Shown here piece by piece: positions 49,826-59,258 of a stretch of DNA of 64,000 nt (its first letter is position 1; the number at the start of each line of letters is the position of its first letter). The position numbers and the translations under genes are program-made. A model generated the notes under the pieces. The model saw only the letters and a list, made by a program, of their open reading frames with translations. It was not told the DNA's origin and searched no databases. The stretch comes from an uncultured Thermoplasmata archaeon (GTDB lineage: Archaea > Thermoplasmatota > Thermoplasmata > Lutacidiplasmatales > UBA184). The stretch spans positions 121,991 through 185,990 of the forward strand of contig CAWISZ010000002.1 of assembly GCA_963838955.1 (NCBI GenBank), in the 5' to 3' direction.

Positions 49826-50875
49826 ATGCCTTCCGATCAGATTGCCCTGCAGACGTTCGATCTCGGATACGCGTACGCTCCGGGACGGTTTGCCATTCGG
49901 CATCTCAACCTCGATCTGCACCGGGGAGAGGTGCTGGGGCTGCTTGGGCGCAACGGCGCGGGCAAGACCACGACCGTACGGCTCCTCACGACGCTGCTGC
50001 CTCCGACCGAGGGAACCGCCATCGTCCTAGGTCAGGATGTTCGGCACGGCGGTCGCGCGCTCCGCGCGCGTCTGGGAGTCGTGCTTCAGGCGGAATCGCT
50101 CGACTTCGTGACGGTGGAAAGGAATCTCACGCTCTACGCATTCCTCTGGGGAGTACCGCGCGAAGTAGCGAAGACCCGGGCGGAGGAGATGATCGAGCTC
50201 TTCGAGCTCCGAGAGGCTCGGCGTCGCAAGCCGTGGGCCCTCTCCGGCGGGGAGCGCCGCCGTTTCCAGGTGGCGCGAGAGCTGATGCACGACATGGAGA
50301 TCCTGTTCTTGGATGAGCCGACCGTCGGCTTGGACGCGATCGCGCGCCGCAGGATCCTCCGCTACCTGAAGGAGCGGGCCCGCCGCGGCCTCTCGATCGT
50401 GTTCACCACGCATATCCTCCACGAGGCGGACATGCTGTGCGATCGGATCGCGGTGCTCCATCTCGGCCGGCTCCTCGCCCTCGATACGGCCGAAGAGCTC
50501 AAGCGCAAGCACGCCGGGGCGCGCGAGGTATCGGTCACGTTCGCTGCCCCGCCGGCGCCCGCGCTCCGGACCGAGCTCGCGCGCGAGCTCGAAGTCCGCG
50601 GTGCGGTCCTCCTGGAACGGGAGGAGGATCTCTCGGCTCCCGATACCAAGCTCGCGTTCTTGGCACCGCACGCCGAGGAGATGCTGCCGTGGCTCAGCCA
50701 CTGGGCTCAGTCCCACGCGCTCGAGCTCGAGCGGATGTCCGTTGAGGAGGCGACGCTCGAGGCGGCATTTCTGGGGATGATCGGAGACCTGGACGAGAAT
50801 CTCGCCGGCGAAACGAACGACCGCGATCGATCCTCTGGCGCGCTCCCCCCGGGGCGCATCGGGGGACTCACGTGA
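49826..50875 (+). CDS. ABC transporter ATP-binding protein (paralog of 44817..45776)
   Basis: GRNGAGKTT, SGGERRR, ILFLDEP; shares LWGVPRE and HDM(D/E)ILFLDEPTVG with the other copy. Confidence 0.9.
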   Translation: MPSDQIALQTFDLGYAYAPGRFAIRHLNLDLHRGEVLGLLGRNGAGKTTTVRLLTTLLPPTEGTAIVLGQDVRHGGRALRARLGVVLQAESLDFVTVERNLTLYAFLWGVPREVAKTRAEEMIELFELREARRRKPWALSGGERRRFQVARELMHDMEILFLDEPTVGLDAIARRRILRYLKERARRGLSIVFTTHILHEADMLCDRIAVLHLGRLLALDTAEELKRKHAGAREVSVTFAAPPAPALRTELARELEVRGAVLLEREEDLSAPDTKLAFLAPHAEEMLPWLSHWAQSHALELERMSVEEATLEAAFLGMIGDLDENLAGETNDRDRSSGALPPGRIGGLT

Positions 50876-51645
50876 AGCTTCCGCCGGTACTCCGATTGGT
50901 GGTCCGGAACTTCGCTTCGAACTTGGACCCTCTGACCATCATCATCCGCTTCGGCCAACCGGTCATCACGATCGTCGTGCTGGGCACGATGTTCAGCTCG
51001 ATCATCTCCACCAACGCGACCGGCGGCGGGTCGTACACCGCATTCCTGGTTCCCGGTATGATCGCCTTTCAGATGATCACCGGGGGCGTCGTCTCCGGGA
51101 ATCTGTTCTGGCTCGATCGCCGCTGGGCGATGGTCGAGCAGATCTTTTCCGGGCCGTTCCGCCGCTCGGAGTACCTCGGCGGGCTCGTGCTCACCACGCT
51201 CCTCTTCGCGCTGGTGGGCGTCGGCATCATGATGCTGGTCGGGCTTCCGTTCATCGGCATCCCATCGCTCTCTCCGCTGGGTGTGGGCACCGTCCTCCTG
51301 ACGGTCGCGCTCGGGAGCATCTTCTTCGCCGGGCTTCTGATCGCGCTCGGGACCCGGCTGCGTTCGGCGAACGCCTACTTCACGATCCAGTCGTTCCTCC
51401 AGCTGTTCGTCATCTTTCTCTCCACCGTGTACTACCCCATCACCTCGAGCACCCCGAAGGCTCTCGCGGTGGTCTTCTATGCGAATCCGCTCACCTACGC
51501 CGCGAACACGATCCGAGACGCGTTCGGCGGCACCCTAGGAGGTACCGACCTCGAGTCGCTCGGCATCCTCGGCGCGCTCGCTATCTTGGCCTTCGGGGCC
51601 GCCATTTGGGGCTTCCGCACCATGGATCTCGGTCCGATCCAATGA
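50872..51645 (+). CDS. ABC-2 type transporter permease (paralog of 44063..44839)
   Basis: 257 aa, 6 TM; NPLTY motif shared with the other copy. Confidence 0.85.
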   Translation: MKLPPVLRLVVRNFASNLDPLTIIIRFGQPVITIVVLGTMFSSIISTNATGGGSYTAFLVPGMIAFQMITGGVVSGNLFWLDRRWAMVEQIFSGPFRRSEYLGGLVLTTLLFALVGVGIMMLVGLPFIGIPSLSPLGVGTVLLTVALGSIFFAGLLIALGTRLRSANAYFTIQSFLQLFVIFLSTVYYPITSSTPKALAVVFYANPLTYAANTIRDAFGGTLGGTDLESLGILGALAILAFGAAIWGFRTMDLGPIQ

Positions 51646-51677
51646 AGGACCTCGGGAGCGGTTCCGTTTGAAACAAA

Positions 51678-51688
51678 TGTTTAAGTAT
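51678..51688 (+). promoter_or_regulatory. putative TATA box upstream of ftsZ
   Basis: TTTAAGTA about 70 nt upstream of the ATG; GAGGA about 8 nt upstream of the ATG. Confidence 0.3.
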
Positions 51689-51753
51689 CGAACAGCAAAC
51701 TGCTCCTCAGAGCGTATGACGCTCGTCTGACAAACGGGAACGAGGAACCAACG

Positions 51754-52893
51754 ATGAAGTCCATTATCCAGGAAGCGATCGCGAAGCACCAGGAGAACCA
51801 GACCCTGGTGGACGACCGACCCAAGCCCGCGAGCCCATTGTATGCAAGTGCTGACGATGCCGAGCTCGCGAAGCTCGCGGACACGTTGCGGGTCAACATC
51901 CGCATTGTAGGCTGCGGCGGCGGCGGGTCGAACACTATCAACCGCTGCACCGAGGAAGGGATCCAGGGCGCCGAGATGTGCGCCATCAACACGGATGCAA
52001 AACACCTGTTGACCATCCACTCCCCGCGCAAGATCCTCATCGGTCGCCGGGCCACGAAGGGCCTCGGCGCCGGCGCTCGCCCGGAGATCGGGGAAGAAGC
52101 GGCCCGAGAGAACGAGGAGGAGATTCGCCAGTTCATCCAGGGAGCACACATCGTCTTCATTACCGCCGGCATGGGCGGCGGAACCGGAACGGGTTCCGCG
52201 CACCTCGTCGCGCGCCTGGCTAAGGAAGCCGGCGCACTGACGATGGGCGTGGTCACGCTCCCCTTCCCCGGCGAGGGGACCAACCGCATGGAGCAGGCCC
52301 GCGACGGACTGGAGCGCCTGCGCCGCGTCTGTGACACCACGATCGTCATTCAGAACGAGAAGTTGCTCGAACTGGTTCCGCGCATGCCGCTCGATGCGGC
52401 CTTCAAGCTCGCGGATGCGGTCTTGATGACCGGAATCAAGGGGATCGCCGAAATCGTCACCCGCCCGGGCCTCGTGAACCTCGATTATTCTGATATCCTG
52501 ACCGTCATGAAGGACGGCGGAGTCGCCCTGATCGGGCTCGGCGAGAGCGAGAGCGCGACCGACCGAGTCACCGAGGCGGTGACCGAGGCGCTTACCTCTC
52601 CGCTACTCGGCAACGTGGACCTCAAGGACGCCACGGGCGCCCTCGTCCGCGTGATCGGCGGACCCACCATGACCGTCTCCGAGGCCGAGAAGGCTGCGGC
52701 GCTGGTCGGCGCCAAGATCTCCAAGCGCGCCCGGATCATCTGGGGCTGCACGATCGAGAACTCTCCTGAGATGGAGAACACCATCAAGGTGCTCCTGATT
52801 ATCACGGGCGTACGCGCGGCGAGCCTCCTCGGCCAGAAGGGCGGAGGGTACGCCAGTGGACAGTCCGAGGAAGTCATCGACCTCGTCCGGTAA
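51754..52893 (+). CDS. ftsZ: cell division GTPase FtsZ
   Basis: Tubulin/FtsZ signature GCGGGGSN, T7 loop; 379 aa. Confidence 0.95.
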   Translation: MKSIIQEAIAKHQENQTLVDDRPKPASPLYASADDAELAKLADTLRVNIRIVGCGGGGSNTINRCTEEGIQGAEMCAINTDAKHLLTIHSPRKILIGRRATKGLGAGARPEIGEEAARENEEEIRQFIQGAHIVFITAGMGGGTGTGSAHLVARLAKEAGALTMGVVTLPFPGEGTNRMEQARDGLERLRRVCDTTIVIQNEKLLELVPRMPLDAAFKLADAVLMTGIKGIAEIVTRPGLVNLDYSDILTVMKDGGVALIGLGESESATDRVTEAVTEALTSPLLGNVDLKDATGALVRVIGGPTMTVSEAEKAAALVGAKISKRARIIWGCTIENSPEMENTIKVLLIITGVRAASLLGQKGGGYASGQSEEVIDLVR

Positions 52894-53230
52894 GGCGAAC
52901 CCGTCACGCCCCCGCTACCTCGGGATCGAGGTGGCGGGGACGTTCAATCTGCGGACCTCGCCGCCCTGGTGGCAGTCGATCCTTTCGAGCTTTCAGCCCC
53001 CGAGCCCCGCTCCGCCTCCGTTCCGCGTCATCCGTTTCGATCGGGACCGCGCTATCGTGGAGGTCGGGCACCGCGCCGTCCCATCGGCGCGGGCGGCGTG
53101 GAACGCGACGGTGTCCGGGCCCGATGGCCAAAGCTACTCGATACGCACCGTCCGGAGCTGGGGGACGCTCGTCGGTGCGAAGGCGTGGCTGCGTGGATAC
53201 GCCCGCGGACCGCCTCGAATGGCCCAGTGA
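52856..53230 (+). CDS. RNase P protein component 2 (Pop5/Rnp2)-like
   Basis: RYLGIEV...FRVIRFDRDRAIVEVGHRAV...SIRTVRSWGTLVGAK parallels Pop5 (RYIAFEVI...FIKFDETTQTGIIRC...IKVLGVSGTIKRLK); overlaps the ftsZ 3-prime end by 38 nt. Confidence 0.5.
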   Translation: MDSPRKSSTSSGKANPSRPRYLGIEVAGTFNLRTSPPWWQSILSSFQPPSPAPPPFRVIRFDRDRAIVEVGHRAVPSARAAWNATVSGPDGQSYSIRTVRSWGTLVGAKAWLRGYARGPPRMAQ

Positions 53231-53283
53231 ACTCCCCCGCGAAAGTTATCTTCATTCCCCCCTCGCTATGCAGGGTAAGGCTG

Positions 53284-54846
53284 GTGGCGCCGGAATCCGA
53301 TCGACAGGTGCGGATCGCGCGGGCCCTGCTCTCGGTCGACGATAAGGCTGGCCTGGTCGACCTCGCACGCGCCCTTGCTCTTCAGCGCATCGAGCTGTGG
53401 GCGACCGGAGGGACCCAGCGCTCGATCTCCTCGGCCGGTATCCCGGTCCGCCCGGCAGAGGAGCTCACGGGCATCGGCTCCTGGTTCGGCGGACGCGTCA
53501 AGACGCTCCACCCCGCCATCCTCGGTGGCGTGCTCGCTCCGCGGACGGAAGAGGGGACCCGGGAGCTGGCCGATCGCAAGCTCCTCCCGTTCGATCTCGT
53601 GGTCGTGAACTTCTACCCGTTCGAACGCCACCTCACCGAGCATCCTCACGCGAAGGATCGCGAGGAGTTCGTGGACATCGGCGGCGTCACGCTCGCTCGA
53701 GCCGCGGCCAAGAACCACCAGGACGTAGCGATCGTGGTCGACCCGGCCGATTACCCGGGGATCGTTTCCGAGCTGGGGGCGCGCTCCGGAGCCCTTTCGG
53801 ACGCGACTCGCCTGCGTCTCGCGCTGAAGGCGTTCGCGCGAACGGCGGCGTACGACGCAGCGATCGCCCGCGGACTCGCTCCCGCCGTCGCGCCCTCCTC
53901 GGACCCGTTCCCGTCCGAGGTCACCTTCCGTCGTGAACCGCTCAAGCTTCGCTACGGCGAGAACCCCCACCAGCGTGCTGCCGTCTACTCTGCGGTCGGC
54001 TCGGGGCTCCCCTCCACCCCGTTCGAGCTGGTGAAAGGGGACTCTCTCTCCTTCACGAACCTTCTGGATCTCGAGACCGCGCTCGGTACGGTCGCGGAGT
54101 TCCCCGGACCCAGCGCCGCCGTGGTCAAGCATGCCACGCCGTGCGGGGTCGCTTCGGGGGCCACGGTGAAGGAGGCTCTCGAACGGGCCGTTGCGAGCGA
54201 CCCGGTCGCGCGGTACGGTTGTGCCATCGCGGTCAATCGGCCGCTCGGCGCCGACGACGCGGGCGCGCTCGCGGGCATCTTCGTCGATCTCCTCTCGGCC
54301 CCGTCCTTCGATGAAGTGAGCCGGGAGCGCCTCGCCCACCGCCCCAAGATCAAACTGGTTCGGATCGAAACGCCCTCGATCGAGGTCGACCGCTGGGAGG
54401 CCCACAGCGGCCTCGGCCGCCTCCTGCTCCAAGAGGTCGATCGGCGCGAGCTCGCTCCGCCCGATCTTCGTCTCGTGACCGGCACGGCCGTGAGCCCGGA
54501 GGAGCTCTGCTCTCTCGACTTCGCCTGGCGAGTCGTGCGGCATGCGAAATCCAACGCGATCGTCCTCGCCCATGGGTCCCGGACCGTGGGGATCGGTTCC
54601 GGTCAGCCGACCCGGGCCCGATCGGTCGAGCTGGCCTGCGGGGTGGCCGGCCCTCGGGCCAAGGGCGCGATCCTGGCTTCGGACGCCTTCTTCCCGTTCG
54701 CCGACGGCGTCGAGATCGCCGGGAAAGCGGGGGTCCGCGCGATCGTCCAGCCCGGAGGCAGCCTGCGCGACCCGGAAGTGATCGCGATGGCCGACAAGTT
54801 CGGGATGTCGATGTACTTCACCGGGTGGCGGGTCTTCCGCCACTAG
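53284..54846 (+). CDS. purH: bifunctional AICAR transformylase / IMP cyclohydrolase
   Basis: MGS-like N-terminus RALLSVDDKAGLV...LWATGGT; AICARFT C-terminal domain; alternative GTG start at 53308. Confidence 0.9.
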   Translation: MAPESDRQVRIARALLSVDDKAGLVDLARALALQRIELWATGGTQRSISSAGIPVRPAEELTGIGSWFGGRVKTLHPAILGGVLAPRTEEGTRELADRKLLPFDLVVVNFYPFERHLTEHPHAKDREEFVDIGGVTLARAAAKNHQDVAIVVDPADYPGIVSELGARSGALSDATRLRLALKAFARTAAYDAAIARGLAPAVAPSSDPFPSEVTFRREPLKLRYGENPHQRAAVYSAVGSGLPSTPFELVKGDSLSFTNLLDLETALGTVAEFPGPSAAVVKHATPCGVASGATVKEALERAVASDPVARYGCAIAVNRPLGADDAGALAGIFVDLLSAPSFDEVSRERLAHRPKIKLVRIETPSIEVDRWEAHSGLGRLLLQEVDRRELAPPDLRLVTGTAVSPEELCSLDFAWRVVRHAKSNAIVLAHGSRTVGIGSGQPTRARSVELACGVAGPRAKGAILASDAFFPFADGVEIAGKAGVRAIVQPGGSLRDPEVIAMADKFGMSMYFTGWRVFRH

Positions 54847-54860
54847 TACGCCCTACGGCC

Positions 54861-55208
54861 CTAAGTGAAATCGAAGAACTTCTTCAGGATCGTCCGGAAC
54901 TCCCCGGGCTCGACGGGCCCGATCTCCCGTCCCTTCTCCTTCCCCTGGTCGAGGAAGAGGTAGGCCGGGATCGAGTGGATCCCGTAGGACTGGGTCACCG
55001 CGCTCGACTCGTCCACGATCACCTTCGCGAACTTGACCCGGCCGACCCAATGCTCGCTCAGTTCGCGCATGAGCGGCTCGGTGGCGCGGCAGGGAGCGCA
55101 CCAGTCCGCGTAGAAATCGACCACGACCGGGAGGTCCGAGTGGATCACCTCTTGATCGAAGTTCTCATCGTTGACGATGACGACGGTTCCGGGCACCGGC
55201 TTCGACAC
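54861..55208 (-). CDS. trxA: thioredoxin
   Basis: WCAPCR active site; 115 aa. Confidence 0.9.
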   Translation of the reverse strand: MSKPVPGTVVIVNDENFDQEVIHSDLPVVVDFYADWCAPCRATEPLMRELSEHWVGRVKFAKVIVDESSAVTQSYGIHSIPAYLFLDQGKEKGREIGPVEPGEFRTILKKFFDFT

Positions 55209-55271
55209 GCTAGCGCTTCGAACTCCGGGCGGGCTTTAAGCCTGTTCTCCGTGCCGCCGGCCGGGAACCCC

Positions 55272-56408
55272 GTGAGCGGACGCCGCGCATCTGCGAAGGC
55301 GCCCGACGCAGCCACCGCCCGGGCCCTGCTCGCTTGGTTCCGAAACACTCGCCGGGCGCTCCCCTGGAGAGACGATCGGGACCCGTACCACATCTGGGTG
55401 GCGGAAGTCCTGCTCCAGCAGACCCGGGTCGATCAGGCGGTTCCTTACTTCGAACGGTTCGTCGCTCGGTTCCCGACCGTCCGTTCGCTCGCCCGGGCAC
55501 GAGAATCACAGATCCTCAAGGCCTGGGAGGGGGCCGGGTACTATGCTCGGGCCCGCAACCTCGGGAAGGCCGCCCGGCAACTCGCCCGTCGACCCCACGG
55601 AACGCTCCCCCGGACCGTTCCTGAGCTCGAAGAGCTCCCGGGGGTCGGCCCATACATTGCCCGGGCTGTGGCCAGTCTCGCATTCGGCGCGCCGGTACTC
55701 GCCCTAGAGGCAAACGGGCGGCGCGTCGGCGCCCGATGGTGGGCGGAGATGGGTGACGTACGGACCCCCGCCATCGCCCGCGTGCTCGATCGGCACCTCA
55801 CGGAACTTCTTCCACGGGACTCCCCTGGAGAGTTCAACGAAGCCTTGATGGAGCTCGGCGAGACCGTTTGCCTCCCTACCTCCCCGCGATGCAATCGCTG
55901 CCCGGTCTCGGCGACGTGTCGGGCGTACGCGACGCTCGACGTTCCGGGATCGATCCCTCTTCGGTCCCCTCGGCGGCGGAAGCCTCACTTCCGGGCCGCC
56001 GTCCTCGTCGTGCAGGCCGCCGACCGGTTCCTCATCCAGCGGAGGGGACCGAACGGCCTCCTCGCGGGTCTTTACGAATTCCCGGGAGGGAAGATCGAGC
56101 GGGGAGAGTCTCCCGAAGCCGCGGCACGACGGGAGCTCGAGGAGGAGACGGGACTCCGAACCCTCGAGCGCCTCGAAGCGATTGGGATCGTTCACCACAG
56201 CTACAGCCACTTCAGCGTCGATCTGCACGTCTACCGCGCTCGCCTACCCCGTGTTCGGCGAGTACGAACCGATCATGATCGCCGGTGGGCTTCCCGAAGC
56301 CAGATCCGGCGGCTGCCGCTTCCGAAGGCCACCGCTAAGATCCTCGACCTGCTTCGCCGAATCGACGAGGAGCGGAGCCGGACGCGATCGATTCCACGGA
56401 ACGTGTGA
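55272..56408 (+). CDS. mutY: A/G-specific adenine DNA glycosylase MutY (HhH-GPD, 4Fe-4S, NUDIX)
   Basis: HhH-GPD region; Cys cluster CLPTSPRCNRCPVSATC; NUDIX box GKIERGESPEAAARRELEEETG; GTG start. Confidence 0.85.
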   Translation: MSGRRASAKAPDAATARALLAWFRNTRRALPWRDDRDPYHIWVAEVLLQQTRVDQAVPYFERFVARFPTVRSLARARESQILKAWEGAGYYARARNLGKAARQLARRPHGTLPRTVPELEELPGVGPYIARAVASLAFGAPVLALEANGRRVGARWWAEMGDVRTPAIARVLDRHLTELLPRDSPGEFNEALMELGETVCLPTSPRCNRCPVSATCRAYATLDVPGSIPLRSPRRRKPHFRAAVLVVQAADRFLIQRRGPNGLLAGLYEFPGGKIERGESPEAAARRELEEETGLRTLERLEAIGIVHHSYSHFSVDLHVYRARLPRVRRVRTDHDRRWASRSQIRRLPLPKATAKILDLLRRIDEERSRTRSIPRNV

Positions 56409-56703
56409 ATTTGAGCGAGTTCGGGTGCGCATTCTGACCCGGCCTATATTGTCCGGCTGCGCGATTCTGGAACCGGGTTTGCTACCACGCTCAGGCGTGA
56501 TTTTCCATCCGGAAGGGGTCAAATTCCATCACCCGGGCCTCCTGGAAACTATATAGCTGGTTGAGCGGTTATGTACAATGGCCTCGGGCATCGGCGAACC
56601 GGCCCCCTGGTGGCACCGTCCAACAGGCCAGGGGGGTGGGGCGCCGGTGCCTTCCCCGTTCCCACGAACACTTCGGAGGCGCACGCGCACGGGAGAGGTG
56701 TCC

Positions 56704-58230
56704 CTAGAATCGGACTTCGGTGCGCACACGCTGGACGAACGAGCCATCGGCGATTCCCTGGGCGACCCGCTCGATATCGGGGGCAGGGCTTCGATCCTGA
56801 GACCAGGGCGCGACCTTCTCCCGGAGCACCCGCAGGGCGGCTTCGCTCCCACGGCCGCCCGAGAGCGGGCGGCGGAGTTCGAGTGCCTGACCGGCAACGA
56901 TCCACTCGATCCCGATGACGCGCTGGGTGTTGGAAATGATGCGGCGAAGCTTGGCGCCGGCCCAAGGACCCATGCTCACGAAGTCCTCCTGATCGGCCGA
57001 AGTGGAGATGCTGGTCGCGCTGGCGGGATGGACCAAGGTCGCGTTCTCGTTGACGAGCGCTGCGGCGAGATATTGGGGGACCATGAGCCCCGAGGTCATT
57101 CCCGGCTCCGAGGCCAGGAACGCGGGCAAGCCCCGGTTCTGGGCGGGGTGCAGGATCCGGGCGGTCCGGCGCTCGCTGAACGCCGCCAGATACTGGACGG
57201 GAAGGGCGAGCGTATCGAGCGCGAGCGCGAGGGGTTGTCCGTGGAAGTTCCCTCCGCTGATGAACTCGTCCCCCTCGAAGACGAGCGGATTGTCGGTCAC
57301 TGCGTTCAGTTCGCCTCGGGCGATCCCGTCCGCGAACTCGATCGCCAGCTCGACCGCGGCGAAGACCTGAGGGATGCAGCGTAGCGTGTACGGATCCTGT
57401 CCTTGCCAGGTGGCTCGTGCGAGGGAGAGCTTGCTGTAGGCGAGGAGCGCACGCATCGATCGGGCGGCCCCGCGTTGGGCCGGCAGGTTCCGCGCCTCAC
57501 CCAATCGATCGTCCAACGACTCCGGGTTGCCCTCGAGGGCATCGAACGAGAGGGCCGCCGCGACCTTGGCCGCGTCGTATAACTCGCGGGTGTCCGTGAC
57601 GGCGAGCGCCAGATACGAGCCCATCAACGCGGTCCCGTTGATGAGACCGACCCCCTCCTTTTCCACGAAGGACAATGGAGTGATCCCCTCGGCTTGAAGC
57701 ACGGTCGAGGCGGCCACCCGGTTGCCGGCTCGGTCGATGAATTCGCCTTCTCCCATCATCGCGAGGCCGAGATGGGCGAGCGGTGCGAGATCGCCGGAAG
57801 CCCCGACCGACCCCTGCTCGGGGATGAACGGGACCATGCCGCGGTTCAGGAGCTCGATGAGGAGTTCGACGAGCTCGCCGCGGACGCCCGAGTGCCCTCG
57901 CACGAGGGAGTTGACCCGGAGGAGGATCATTCCGCGTACGACATCCCGGGGTAGTGCGGGTCCGGTCCCACTCGTGTGGCTTCGGATAAGGGAGGCTTGG
58001 AGCTCCCGAGCCCGGGCCGGAGGGATCGGGTGGTTGGACATCGCGCCGAAGCCCGTGGTCACGCCGTACACGGGACGACCGGCCGCGACGGCCCGTTCCA
58101 CGACCCGGCGGCTCTGCGCGACCGCTTGCCGGGCCTCGGGGGTCAGGGAAACGGTGCACCCGTCCCGTACGACCGCGAGGAACTGCTCGAGCGTGAGGGA
58201 ACGGCCGTCCAGGGGGAGTGTCTCGGTCAT
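56704..58230 (-). CDS. hutH: histidine ammonia-lyase family (MIO-dependent ammonia-lyase)
   Basis: ASGDL MIO-forming triad; 508 aa. Confidence 0.9.
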   Translation of the reverse strand: MTETLPLDGRSLTLEQFLAVVRDGCTVSLTPEARQAVAQSRRVVERAVAAGRPVYGVTTGFGAMSNHPIPPARARELQASLIRSHTSGTGPALPRDVVRGMILLRVNSLVRGHSGVRGELVELLIELLNRGMVPFIPEQGSVGASGDLAPLAHLGLAMMGEGEFIDRAGNRVAASTVLQAEGITPLSFVEKEGVGLINGTALMGSYLALAVTDTRELYDAAKVAAALSFDALEGNPESLDDRLGEARNLPAQRGAARSMRALLAYSKLSLARATWQGQDPYTLRCIPQVFAAVELAIEFADGIARGELNAVTDNPLVFEGDEFISGGNFHGQPLALALDTLALPVQYLAAFSERRTARILHPAQNRGLPAFLASEPGMTSGLMVPQYLAAALVNENATLVHPASATSISTSADQEDFVSMGPWAGAKLRRIISNTQRVIGIEWIVAGQALELRRPLSGGRGSEAALRVLREKVAPWSQDRSPAPDIERVAQGIADGSFVQRVRTEVRF

Positions 58231-58277
58231 CGCAAGGCCGGCGATCGGAGCCGTCTGGCCCTATTGAACGATGCGCC

Positions 58278-58811
58278 CTACGGAGGTACCGGCACCACGA
58301 TCTCGCCGCCCGGCTTCTGGAGCGAGGGCTGGCGTTTGGAGGTGGCTCCCTTCGTCTTCCAGAAGATCTCCGCGAACTCCTGGACCTGCTTCAGCAGTTC
58401 CTGGGCGTCCGCGATGTTCGTTCCTTGGCGAGCCTTGGAGGCCTGCTTCAGGATCTTCCAGGTAAGGTCGTGGATCCCGGGGTGCTGCTTCGCGTGGTCG
58501 GGGGTGAAGTAGTCGCCCCAGATGACCCGGATCTCCTGCTTCAGCCGCTCGGCGTGCTGTTCCTTGACGAGCTGGTAGCGCCCGAGCTTCGCGACGTAGG
58601 CGTCGACCTCCTCCGGCTTGCTGGTCGGGGTCGGCCGCGGAAGCTCGCCGATGAGCTGGTCCATGCGGATGATGGTTAGGGCCGCGATCTGGGCCTCGTG
58701 CGGGTCATAAATACCGCACGGAATGTCGCAGTGGGCGTACACGGGTTCGGGGTCCTGGACGACGTCTCGGATCGCGTCGACCCATTCACGGATTCTCGAG
58801 GAGGCAGACAT
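58278..58811 (-). CDS. sodN: nickel superoxide dismutase precursor
   Basis: Ni-hook HCDIPCGIYDP after a 26-aa propeptide; rest collinear with Streptomyces Ni-SOD. Confidence 0.9.
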   Translation of the reverse strand: MSASSRIREWVDAIRDVVQDPEPVYAHCDIPCGIYDPHEAQIAALTIIRMDQLIGELPRPTPTSKPEEVDAYVAKLGRYQLVKEQHAERLKQEIRVIWGDYFTPDHAKQHPGIHDLTWKILKQASKARQGTNIADAQELLKQVQEFAEIFWKTKGATSKRQPSLQKPGGEIVVPVPP

Positions 58812-58901
58812 GGCTCGATATACCGCACGCGGAGGATAAGGTTGCCGGAACCGACGTACTCCGCGATCGCTCGATTCCACCGTTGGTGGAGAAGCCGGCG
58901 C

Positions 58902-59258
58902 GTGATCGTACGGGACCGGTCGATGGAACCGACGCTCCGCCCCGGGGATAGGCTCTACCTCGATCCCGCGCCCGCCCGTGCCGGTCGACTCGCCCGCGGG
59001 GACATCGTCGTGCTCCGGGACCCCACCCGCTCGGTCGAACGCCTGGTCAAGCGTGTTACCGGGATCCCGGGAGACCCGATACCACCGAACGGCCCGACGA
59101 TCCCGCCCGCTCGGCTCTACGTCGAGGGAGACGCGGGAGAGGGAAGCCGAGACAGCTCGGTCTTCGGGGCGGTCGACCTCCGCGAGGTCGAAGGCGTCGT
59201 CTGGTTCCGCTACGCGCCGACCGAACGGCGCGGGCCGATCGGCCCAACGCTTAAGTGA
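58902..59258 (+). CDS. sodX: SodX-like S26 signal-peptidase-family maturation protease
   Basis: Catalytic Ser motif RSMEPTL; box D VKRVTGIPGD; start uncertain (ORF opens at 58698 inside sodN). Confidence 0.65.
   Translation: MIVRDRSMEPTLRPGDRLYLDPAPARAGRLARGDIVVLRDPTRSVERLVKRVTGIPGDPIPPNGPTIPPARLYVEGDAGEGSRDSSVFGAVDLREVEGVVWFRYAPTERRGPIGPTLK

Noticed and set aside
52969-53283. N-terminal extensions of long track ORFs (for example 52969 for purH, 54825 for mutY, 60970 for wtpC, 61677 for the ModE-like gene, 46172 for the ABC ATPase, 59276 for sodN)
   Set aside because: The extensions are Arg/Pro-rich low complexity, overlap upstream genes, and lie before the conserved N-terminal motifs. Internal ATG/GTG starts were chosen instead.
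58698-58900. Using the full 186-aa ORF 58698..59258 as sodX
   Set aside because: Its first 200 nt would overlap sodN coding sequence on the opposite strand, and the translation there is Arg-rich low complexity. An in-frame GTG just before the catalytic SMEPTL motif is more plausible.
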